This document shows, in pieces, positions 14,042-25,400 of a stretch of 64,000 nucleotides of DNA. The DNA is from Owenia fusiformis (Eukaryota): contig CAIIXF020000001.1 in assembly GCA_903813345.2 (NCBI GenBank), forward strand, positions 24,056,001 through 24,120,000, read 5' to 3'. Position 1 is the first letter of the stretch. Each line of letters starts with the position of its first letter. The position numbers and the translations under genes are program-made. The notes beneath the pieces are model-generated. The model saw nothing but the letters and a program-made list of their open reading frames with translations, made no database searches and had not been told where the DNA came from.

Positions 14042-14617
14042 CTATTTGTAGTACACATGACCGAACTTTCTGAACAATGGCACCCATATGCTGTAAAATG
14101 CCAATGGTGCCACGAGCCATACAGCTTGTGGTATCACAGTATATGACACACCTCCTACAGTTAAATAGGCAGGGTTCCAAGGCAGAACTTGGTACTCCCA
14201 GATGACTCCATTACACATGCTCTCCACTATGAACGAAGAAACCTGTCCCCATATAAGCATCACTAGAAACTCCTTCGCGGAATATTCCAAGAACAACGGT
14301 CTCTTCTGGAGCATCATATAGCATAGTAGTACCCCTATCAAGAAAATCCCACCGTCCCATAAAGAATGAAGAATCTTTGTATACCATCCTGCTATTGGGT
14401 TCACAAAATCAGTGGAATCTTTCAGGAAATCATCTCCCAATATCTTCCAAGTGAGTTCCCAGGTGCATCCTATCAAACTCCCGGTGAAATGTCCCAAGAG
14501 TACGGCTTTGCTTAATTTGCCTTTTAAGTACAAGAGAGTGATGGACAAGGTCCACAATGTTGGGATGACCACATCTGCTGTGATCATAAACTGCTCCTTG
14601 ACATTCGGAGGTCTCAT
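14042..14617 (-). CDS. Intronless 191-aa multipass membrane protein of unknown function
   Basis: Uninterrupted ATG-to-TAG ORF with about five hydrophobic segments and polar motifs (GCTWE, LHSLWDGG, WGQ...VE, PWNP, PQAVW); AATAAA about 125 nt downstream of the stop. Confidence 0.8.
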   Translation of the reverse strand: MRPPNVKEQFMITADVVIPTLWTLSITLLYLKGKLSKAVLLGHFTGSLIGCTWELTWKILGDDFLKDSTDFVNPIAGWYTKILHSLWDGGIFLIGVLLCYMMLQKRPLFLEYSAKEFLVMLIWGQVSSFIVESMCNGVIWEYQVLPWNPAYLTVGGVSYTVIPQAVWLVAPLAFYSIWVPLFRKFGHVYYK

Positions 14618-16378
14618 TTTCAGTTTGACGTCTCCAAATTCTGCACAACTTGAATGCCTTTTCCGATTTTGTTACTCTAGTCTTTGGACTTTAAGTAAAA
14701 TCATCTTGTAAATGATTAACTCATCAAGTAGTATATTCAAATGACATATTGATATGTATTTTAGTACATAACCATAAACAGACACTATCCCCTCAAGAAT
14801 TGAACATCCATTCGCGTTGGTGTTGTTGATTCATCATAATTTACTGCATGTGTTGTGTAGGCTTTCAGACTACTTTCATTTTTTTTGTTTATTCACACCC
14901 AAGGTGTACAATATCTAAATAATAGCACTAAATCACATAAGTCACCTCCCCTTGATACAAAACCAAAATACATATTAGGATATAGAAAGAAAATTACCTG
15001 TGTTCCAAAAATCCGATTCACCATAAACAATATCCCAAACAATAGAAAATGCAGAAATTATAAAAGTTACATATTATTTAACAGCGCCAATGATGTATTT
15101 AATCTGTGGAGAAAGTGGACTTTTGTCCCCCGATGATGCTCTATCAGGCGTTATCACTTTCTTATAGATTCAATGCCCTTACTAGAGTCAATAGTGGACT
15201 GTATTGTCTTATTACCATGGGTCTAGTACTTTAATTATCGTTATTTTGTGTTCTCTCTTTATTTGAAGATCTGAGACCTTAACAACATACTTAATTACAG
15301 AGCACTTTGAATAGTATATTTTACTTCTTGAAAATGAAAGATTCGCCTTTATTATATACTACAGACTTTTGTACTTAGGGCACAACACACAAGAACAACT
15401 TTAACTGATATTAGACACGACAAAACAATGACTCCGTCCGTGTAATATCTTAGTGATAATAGACACTCTCTCTTATCTCTTCCCTGTGGTATTAACCTGA
15501 CTGAGGCCCAGAGCCCAGTTAATATGGTGTCGATGAAGCCCTTTTTTAAAAAATCAAAATCGAAACTGTTGGAAATGGTAGGTATTAACATAGAACGATA
15601 TGGTTTTTAGTTATAAATTATATTTATCTACAATATATTATTTTTATTCAAATTGTACAAAAATGTGAAAAATTTGGCCTAGAAGTTTGCATCTACAGTC
15701 TCATACTATACAGATTAGTCATGTGCAACGTTCATTTTATTTTTGCGACAAGCTTACCAAAATTACATAATCTCTATGTGGTAAACAGGATCATTACATC
15801 AAATTACAGTAAAGTAATGAAGGTACGATAAAATATCCGTCCACCCCTCTCTTATGAACACCTTTCAAACTTTATCAAAATTTCTTTCAGACTCATTAAA
15901 CGTATCAACATCAGCCATGTATCTATGTACAAAATGTAGAGGTGTATGTGGAATCACAAAGGGGATATTAGAACGCTATTGGGGAAGCAGAAACATCTAT
16001 ACACTGTAGTACTTGGTTAACTATAATTTCCTCCTATTCCGAGTCTGGTGTGCAGTTGTTTTTGGTAATTTGCTTATGTCCATGAATGTACATTTATCTG
16101 TATCCATACGGACCAGAATTACAATACGTAAACCCTACTGTATTTCAAATCATTGCAAATCTTGTATTAATCCAATTATGAATGCATTTTCATACTTTAT
16201 TTACAGTTTGTACATCCAGAACCATGTTATGAACAGTATCCCATCCTTGTGTTTATTCTTCCGATCTTTACTTTCGAGTCACGTGTGCAGAGACCTACAT
16301 TACTAGTGTTGGTCTAGTCTATATTTCCGAGTCTCTATCCCTTATGGACGTCTTGGTGTCCTATGATTCTCAGTTGAG

Positions 16379-19300
16379 TTACACCCATGAAGTGGTCAAA
16401 ACGAACAGAACTGACATAATTGACATGAGATATCCAGTGAATGAGAGAGTTGATGTTCCACTGGTTCTATCTGGAAAATAAAATACAAATGATATTATTA
16501 AGTAGAGCATAAAGTTGGAGGATATCATGCATCTATCTGATGACTATCTGACGAAGTTGCACGATGTTTATACACAAGATGAACAAAACGCTCGATTAGC
16601 ATGTGGCTGTGACTCGTACGGGACGTGATACCCAAACTACATACAAATATGACATCCTGAGTATATTACCTATTTCTAAAGTGATGTTGTGTGTGGCTTC
16701 ATATCTGTTGTTTTTTACATACAAGTTGTAGGTTCTGTAGTGACTGTTGGCGAGATCCCTTATCTCAAGATATACATTAACCACGTTACTGTCCTGGTCA
16801 GACTGAAAAACATTTCAGAAATAAATTTCAATTTTAATTGTTTTAAAAAACGAAAAAGTAACGTGCGTTTAGAAAGGAAGGTATGAAATTATTATGGCAA
16901 ATGAAGAGGCGGACATGTTTCCACATAAAGAATCCTGCCACAAGACTGGAAGCTTAGTTAAAATTTGACAAGAGATATGAGAAAACACGTTTGATGATAT
17001 TTTCATGAGATCTAACAGCATATTTTGATCAATTTGAGGTTGTTTGTTTTTGTGGAATCTGTGAAAAATCAGACTAAGAAACATTCAATTTTGCCACATG
17101 AGACTAGAGGTCCTTTCTCACGGAACTCCGCTTTTTAAAATCCTACAGCAGTTGATGAAACAGTTAAATAAGTCCAATGTGGCAAGACGTATGGTCAACG
17201 AATGACCAGGAGAATCACTATGAGATAACCTTTACCCCACAATGTATCACCTTGTTTCTTACCCTCATCATCTGTGCCCTATACTCCCTCATCTCCTGAT
17301 TGATCTTCGGGTTCAGAGTCTGCATGTTCTCATTCTCCGTCCATTGCCACTGAACAATTGTCTCATCATTGATCAGATCTGGATTGGCAGCAACAGGGCA
17401 TGATATCATCGCCTCCCTATTACCAGAAAGTGGGTGCTGGATCTGGCTACAGTTGAACTTTGGGGCAACTGAAACAACAATAGTATATATACAGAATATC
17501 ACATCATTTTGAGTGATATCATTTTTATCGCCGAGTTGATATCAAATATCAACACGAGTGAGCGAAGCGAATGAGTGTTGATATTTGATATCTACGAGGC
17601 GATAAAATTATATCACGAGAAATTATGTGATATTGGGTTTATCCCATGATTACAACCACCTTGTGATGTTCTGATCCAATTTCCAGGACATCGGCAGACA
17701 ATATAGATATCGTAGATATCAAATATCAACACTCATTCGCTTCGCTCACTCGTGTTGATATTTGATATCAACTCGGCGATAAAAATGATATCACTCAAAA
17801 TGATGTGATATTCTGTATATAACATACTGTACTTCCTTCTGACATAGGCAAAGATTTATTGTGTTATCAATTAATAATGTATGCTCACAAATAACGTCGA
17901 ACGTGATTGATGCAGATTTGGTTGGCAGATTGGGGACACTGGAATCACACCTGAGCTCCTTCCTGTTGTGGTAATACTCGATCGTCTCAATGTTGCTCAT
18001 CCAGGTGTGATGCAGAATGGTCACCTGTAAACACAAATATGCATATTACCTTGGTCACCCGTAAACACAAATATGCATATTACCTTGGTTACCTTTGTGT
18101 CGGACGTAAGAAAGCATTCTCAAAATTCATTTCGTTCGTTGCGTACCTTCACTACCTAGGCACAGGAGGTACGGATGGTACTGGACGAAAGGCTCGGAGA
18201 CTGGTAAGAAAGGAGATCTGAGTATCAGTACGGGCAAAGGGAAAAGTAGCCGTGAGCTTCTATATTGAGCTTAATATTTTTCCCTTGACCTATGAGTATA
18301 AGAATGTTAAAATAGTCTATGCTTAAAATACGAGGGGTGATCAATAAGTAATCGACGCTTTTTTACACAGATGCTTTTTATAGACCAATCCCTTTGATTT
18401 TCTTCCCAGTGATACATCATTTTTTACATGTCATTTTTTAAAGATTTGCACTTACCAGCCCATCGTTATTGTATCGAGGGACCGGCTGCTGCGACCTTCT
18501 GGACCAAGATTCGGTTAAGTTCAGGTAGTTGTTTGCATTTTCAATCAGGAAGATCTTCATATCTGGTGCTGGATTAGACCCATTAGAGTGGCACTCTAGA
18601 TTCACGCGGTCATATTCATTCACTTTAATCACACTCCCAGATGAAGCATTATTGACATTATTGAAGTAAACTTCTTTTGGTGAAACTGAAAAAATAACAC
18701 ACTATGTATTTGTAACATGGTGATCAAACGATGACAAGACCAATGTTTTTATTATTGATCTGTATTTATGTATTTTACATTGCTCTGAGCCCATTCTATA
18801 TTTTATTGTATGTTAGAGCCTGAGCCGTGTTAAACGTGGTACGCTTACCCATGACGTCTAGTGGGACAGTAACGGGGCTAACCTCACCAGGGACGCTACA
18901 ACCAATCCCACCTCCACCGTCCTCACCCTGTACGCCTACAATTTAAGTTGAGACAGTTGAAACACTCATTATGTCTTGTGCTGGAGTTTTAGACAGTATT
19001 TATTTAAAATTGAATATTTCATAGAATAACTTTGAATCATATTTCATATTCATGCACTAAGCTAACGTTTTGAAGTTTTTTCACTTAAACAAGCTGCTGT
19101 TGTAAGCCTTGGGCTTCTTATTCATAAATGTGCTTTAGTCTCAAAAAAGATACTTCAGATGTCATTTTACACCTGATTCTTGTATGGCTTTACTAAACAG
19201 ACCAAGGCTATTTTCCTATTATATCTTTTAATATGTCTGAAAATTATAAAAGATTCCCACCCCCTTGCATTCTACCTGTTAAAGTGGCGGTACCGATTCC

Positions 19301-21527
19301 CATCTTCAAGGAACCCCAACCTGTTAGTGATGGTACCAATTCCAACCTTCCTTGAACCTCTACCTATCATAGTGATGGTATCAATTCCCACCTTCCTTGA
19401 ACCTCTACCTATCATAGTGATGGTACCAATTCCCACCTTCCTTGAACCTCTACCTGTCATAGTGATGGTACAGATTCCCACCTTCCTTGAATCTTTACCT
19501 GTCATAATGATGGTACCGATTCCCACCTTACTTAAACATCTACCTGTCACAGTGATGATACCAATTCCCACCTTCCTTAAACTTCTACCTGCCAAAGTGA
19601 TGGTACCGATTCCCACCTTCCTTGAACCTCTACCTGTCATAATGATGGTACCGATTCCCACCTTACTTAAACATCTACCTGTCACAGTGATGATACCAAT
19701 TCCCACCTTCCTTGAACCTCTACCTGTCATAGTGATGGTACAGATTCACATCGTCAAGCATTCTTACCTATTAAGGTGCTAATCCAAAAGCACCAATCTT
19801 GTATACATACATTATGTATACATACCCTGCGGCGCAGAGTCTAGTTATAAACTAGTTTATGAATTACTAACCTTATTTTAAGAAGCTAATTGATCGAATG
19901 CAAAGGGTTTGTACACACAGTATGCATGTCCTACATCCCTACCTATTATGGTTATGGAACCAATTTACCACGTTCTGGTATCCCTGACAATGGTACCAAG
20001 TGGTAGTGGTAGTGCCAATACTCAATTCCTACATTCTAGTATTCATACCTGTTATGGTAATAGTACCGATATCCAGGTTATTTCCTTCCTCTCGAAAACT
20101 GACAGAATATCGATTTGTGGCACCAAATGGTGGTACAATAATCCTTGTATCTAAGCTGATAGGATAGGGGTCGCCTGTATCTCCATCTACCGTCTTGATA
20201 ACATGGGGGATTTTAAACTTTGGCAGGCCTCCGACGAAAGTACATGTGAAGACAACAGTGTCGCCCTCTTTAACCGGTGCTGTGGGGCCCGTCACGGTGA
20301 GGGTGACCTGCGAGGATACATCTGCAACAGTGGAACATTATTATTAAAGATAGTCTTGTATCAAGCTCCTGCCCCCCCCCCATATAACCTCAGATATGAC
20401 TTACTTGGTGGTAATGTATAGTGATTGGGATGGTAGAAGACTTGATGCAAAACCACAATAAAGACAGTAAAAAGAGTTAAAAGAGTAAAATATAGATGAT
20501 ACTGATAGCACACGCAAACTGACAAAAATGGTGGTTTTTGAAGGCATAAAACACAAGGAAACAATACAAATACGTATGTATGTATACTTCGTCTCGTTCC
20601 AATACGGAATTTCTCGAGCAGAACATATCCTACATTGCACTTCAAATCATTCAATAACTTAAAGTTTATTCAGTAAGTGAAGTGTTAAGACAATGAAACG
20701 ACCTTTTTTATTTTTTCAATGACATTCATTAAGATACCATTTCATATTTGATCACGATTCTCATCAATTTAAAAAATGAAATTCAGTTGCTAGAGTAATT
20801 ACACCTCAGCCTCGATGGACTAATATAAAAATAGTGATTCAACAGGTTAATACGGTATTTATATTTATTAAGATGAATGATAAATGAGTAAACGACATTA
20901 GCAATGGCACAAATAAAGAATGTTTAAGTTACACAAGTGAGTGTTTAACATTGTAGTGTGGTGACAAACAAAATTTGGGTGTTGGGTTCCTCTGTGACCT
21001 TAAATCATCTTTTTATCTCCTTTAACAGCTATTTGGACTTGAATGTGCCATAAATAAAAGTCAGAAGCAAGGTTCCACTTATCTCCTTGTATATCGTATA
21101 ATATTCCCAAATACATGTTAAAAATCCAAATTCAACACAAAGCACAACACCTAACAAGCAATAATTACAAACGAGTGATGCAAAGCCTATTACATGATAA
21201 TGTACTGAAATGTAATGAAACATAAATCCACAACTATAGTACAGTCAAATAGAAAAATGTGTTGAAGCAAAGAGGTAGAGATACATTTATGTTTTAATAG
21301 TTCTGATCACGTCACCAACCGGTACTCGTCCATGATTCAAAATATAAATATGTTTTTTATAATCATAACAGCTACAAATAAAAGAATGTGCTCTGAATCT
21401 TAGCAAGAATTTAATATCACGGCAAATTAGAACAAAAAAGTCTTTCTATAATATTCTATGAAAGTGATAAAATATACTTACATGTAATAGAAAAAGCCAA
21501 TAACGTCAGGTAGTGTACGCGCGCCAT
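16379..21527 (-). CDS. Ig-superfamily cell-surface protein, paralog A (signal + 3 Ig-like domains + probable GPI signal, ~400 aa, 8 exons)
   Basis: Exons 21482-21527, 20049-20321, 18849-18935, 18456-18685, 17889-18024, 17263-17468, 16670-16802, 16379-16470 join in frame. Ig motifs EGDTVVFTC...EDGGGGIGC and VNLECHSNGSNPAP...HNRKELRC; hydrophobic C-terminus SGTSTLSFTGYLMSIMSVLFVLTTSWV* with no cytoplasmic tail. Confidence 0.85.
17486..17821. mobile_element. MITE with ~110-bp near-perfect TIRs, each arm internally palindromic
   Basis: TATATACAGAATATCACATCATTTTGAGTG...CGAGTGAGCGAAGCGAATGAG...TCTACGA is inverted at about 17710-17821; TA-rich flanks; absent from the equivalent intron of paralog B. 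Confidence 0.85.
18021..18095. repeat. 34-bp tandem duplication of a 3' splice site
   Basis: TCACCTGTAAACACAAATATGCATATTACCTTGG followed by TCACCCGTAAACACAAATATGCATATTACCTTGG. Confidence 0.85.
19272..19770. repeat. 45-bp minisatellite, about 11 copies, in intron 2 of Ig paralog A
   Basis: Consensus CCTGTCATAGTGATGGTACCAATTCCCACCTTCCTTGAACCTCTA; accounts for the repetitive ORFs 19180..19782 (+) and 19272..19730 (-). Confidence 0.95.
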
Positions 21528-22031
21528 TTTGGTTTACAAGCGGACTTTGGTCATAAAATTGATAAGAGAAAATTCCTTATTATTTACCATCCATTAATAT
21601 ATTTAATAGCTAATATAATATATTGAATGAACAATTGATGGATGCACCCCAAAGATAGGCTAAAGAGAGGTAGAGGGGGATAAAGTACCCCTAAAATGTG
21701 ATGTCAGGACCAGCAAGTTTTTAATTTGTAACAACCATGGCATTAATTCTTTTAATATTTAACTTTTCGTGGAGTGTTTACCTATATCCCTATGATTCTT
21801 GAATATTTGAATCAATAGTGCTAGTTATATATTTATTGAATACTTGATGTTCAAATATTACTATCATTTACCATATCAACATTCACAGGATACTAGTATG
21901 TGGTGTTGTTTATTCTGAGTAACGTTTCGTATCCATTGATTATTACTCTTTGTTATCAAGAACACAAAATCTAGCTGAAATAAACAAGGGTATCTTTAGA
22001 AAATAACTCTTAAAATATAATTGATCCAAGG

Positions 22032-22443
22032 ATATCCTAAATAATATTCATCGTTGTTTAGGGTAAAAGTTAAAATTGATTTTAGCCGATGCCATAGTGA
22101 TGGTACCAATTCCAACCTTCCTTGAACCTCTACCTGTCATAGTGATGGTACCAATTTCCACCTTCCTTGATCTTCTACCTGTCACAGCGATGAAAGGTAG
22201 ATCCTAACATATCCTTAATAATATTCATCGTTGTTTAGGGTAAAAGTTAAAATTGATTTTAGCCGATGCCATAGTGATGGTACCAATTCCAACCTTCCTT
22301 GAACCTCTACCTGTCATAGTGATGGTACCAATTTCCACCTTCCTTGATCTTCTACCTGTCAAAGCGATGAAAGGTAGATCCTAACATATCCTTAATAATA
22401 TTCATCGTTGTTTAGGGTGAAAGTTGAAATGATTTTAGCCGAT
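22032..22443. repeat. X-Y-X-Y-X tandem repeat (period about 177 bp); Y carries copies of the 45-bp intronic minisatellite
   Basis: X = ATATCCTWAATAATATTCATCGTTGTTTAGGGTAAAAGTTAAAATTGATTTTAGCCGAT (three copies); Y = GCCATAGTGATGGTACCAATTCCAACCTTCCTTGAACCTCTACCTGTC... (two copies). Confidence 0.9.
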
Positions 22444-22476
22444 AAAACAATAAAAACGTTTGGAATGGAAGGTGAT

Positions 22477-25400
22477 TTAATTAAGATGACTGGCGACCAA
22501 TGTTAGCACTAATGACGTTATTATAAAGTCTATGTATGTTCTACTGCATCGTCTGCTTGGTGCTGTATTGGTGGACCCTGGAACATAAAATACGCACTGA
22601 TCAACAATTTGACAAGATGCATGAAGATATTGTCATGTTGGAAGTATTCAGATAATCTAAAGACTAGCCAGCCAATCGTTTGATGACACAAGCAACACAT
22701 GGAATGGAACTATGCTTATAATGTTAAACGAGGGATAGAGGTCCATGATGTTTGACATTCTTGTTGGACCAATTTAAAGGGGCAATAAAGACTGTAGAGA
22801 AAATAGGAAAGTTTTTTCATTTTTCTGAGCTATCAAGGCAACATTTGGTTTAACATCTTCTTTGACATACCTGTTTTCTTAAAATGTATGGATAAATTAT
22901 CAATTTCAGCATTAAGAAGTGTAAATTCAGTTCAAAGCTTCACAAAGGGGACTTCCACTTTTATAATTTTAAGATCCACCATGTTTCAAGAGGAATATCA
23001 GCTAAAATAATGTTTATCTAGGGGGTTTCTTTGTAGATAATAAAAATAGATGTTAGTCTTGATGAAATATCCAAACTTAAATATATTTTGACACTGGTCC
23101 ATGATCGTTGAATGACCCCTCTGCACTAATTATTGCACCTTTAAAACAAGAACAAAATCTTTTTCCGCGAAACCCACTTTACAACCTACCTTGTGCCAGT
23201 GTTATGTTATATGTGGCCTGTGTGTCACTGGTGCTTATATAAATGTTATATTGTCTGTAGTGGCTGCTATCCAACGGAGTGATCTCCAACTCAACCTTCA
23301 CAATATTGTCATCTGCACTTGACTAAACGCCGAGACAAAACAAGCAAATAATTCAGTTGTTGGTAAATCAAGCTTCTACATCAATGAAACATTATAGAGA
23401 CATTCTACAAGCAAAATCCATGAATTAAGCAATTAAATTGTTCCCTATTCTCTCCCAAACACAAAATTCCATTTGGAAATAGACAAATTGGATGGTATAC
23501 ATGTACATATAATTCACGAACTTGTTCCATGCAGTGAGTTTAGTTCTAAGGTGGAGTTTTAAGGAAGGATCGAACAATCCACAAGTGATATACTCATGAT
23601 AATCCCATAAGCTTTGACATTGCGATTGACTTTAATAGTGTTTGAAACCTTTTCATATATGGCAAAACAGTTTATATGACAAAACAGATTTCAACTACAG
23701 GCAGCATGCCGATTTTGACATCCTTCCAGTTTCTAGATGGATGTTCCAAATGTGTACATTATCCCTTTGAATGATGTAATGCCCAAACATGTTTTAACTC
23801 ACTCTCATCATCTGTGCCCTATACTCTCCATTCATCTGGTTGATCTTTGGGTTCAGTGTCTGCATGTTCTCGTTCTCCGTCCATTGCCACTGAACAATCG
23901 TCTCATCATTGATCAGATCTGGATTGGCAGCCACGTCGCATGATATCCTCGCTTCTCTATTGCCAGGCTCTGGGTATTGTACTCTGCTACAGTTAAACTT
24001 GGGAGCAACTGAAAACACAAAAGGCCCTGTTGTTTTTTTGGAGTAGGCTACCATGGATTTTTACATATTCTATTGAACTAGTGGTCTCTGATGCTCTTTG
24101 CTCAAATTCATCAATAATCAATTTGGGCAATTTTACAACAAGCTTATATTACGCAGATGGTGTCCTATATCTGAATGCATTCGTTACTCACATAAAACAT
24201 CAATTGTGATCTGTGATGATTTCGTAGGAAGACCAGGCACAGTCGCTTCACATCTCAAGTTCTTTTTGTTGTGTAAATATTCTATCTTCTCAAGGTTGTG
24301 CAGCCATACATGATGCATGATCTTCACCTGCAGGGATCAATATGAAATGCATGAAGGGGATGAACAAATTATTTGCGACAACTTATAATATTAACATCTA
24401 ATAATCACGCGGTCCTAACTTGAAAATCAAGGATTGCCTGGTATCAATAGATTGCTTCCTAGTCAACTCGTACCCAAGACAACTCGTACCCAAGACAACT
24501 CGTACCAAGATTATTTTCAGTATTATGGGTGCATATTAGGGAAAAACTTGAGTCTGTAATGCTTTCATGTTATAATGTGAATCAAATAAGCCTCAATATT
24601 CATATATTTTTTTGAATTTAGAAGACATTTTTTCTCACTGGATCAGTAAAGCATTTTTAAATAAAAGAAGTGCTTGAAGCGCTTGTTCTCAACATTATTT
24701 TGTCAAACATATATATAAATAAATATAATTACAACATTAGATCTGACACTTGTTCCAAACACTCATAAACATACAATATTTTGAAAAATGATTATGAATA
24801 TGTGGAATAAACATATGTCTCTTCACTCGAACATCCTGAATCTGTGACCAATATAAAATAATAGTCAATATAAATTGACACTCAGTTCAAAATGTCACAA
24901 AATTAAATCAATATCTTCCAAAAATTCTTCTTCAAACTTTAAACTATTCTGAACAGTATGTTACAATTATAATATGTATATCTATTCACATTCCCAGTCC
25001 AACGCTTGATTCAAAACAAAATATATACTTGGGTACGAGTTGTCTTGGGTACGACTTGTCTTGGGTACGAGTTGACCAGTTACCAATAGATTCACTACCG
25101 GGAGACGTTTAGATATAGTTGGATGGGAAAATGAAATCGGTGAGAGTGATAAGGAAAGTGAGATCAAAATACACTGCAAACACCAAACTGAAACTAACAG
25201 GCAAACTCATGACTCGCTATTTTTCACTCTCGATTGACGACTCATTCACCGTAGCGGCCGAATGGTTGCAAAGATAGGCAAACACGATAATTATTACTGG
25301 TACAGTTTTACTCTGGAGGTTTTCAAAACGGATAATAGACCAGTACCTACCAGTCCATCATTATTATCTATAGGAACGGGATAAGTCGATGATCTTGCCC

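Noticed and set aside
19180-19782. 200-aa plus-strand ORF with PTFLEPLPVIVMV repeats
   Set aside because: By-product of a 45-bp (3n) minisatellite antisense to an intron; no splice or start context supports a gene.
22032-22443. Repeat-spacer-repeat pattern resembling a CRISPR array
   Set aside because: The spacers are near-identical, units are too long, the DNA is eukaryotic and no cas genes are present.
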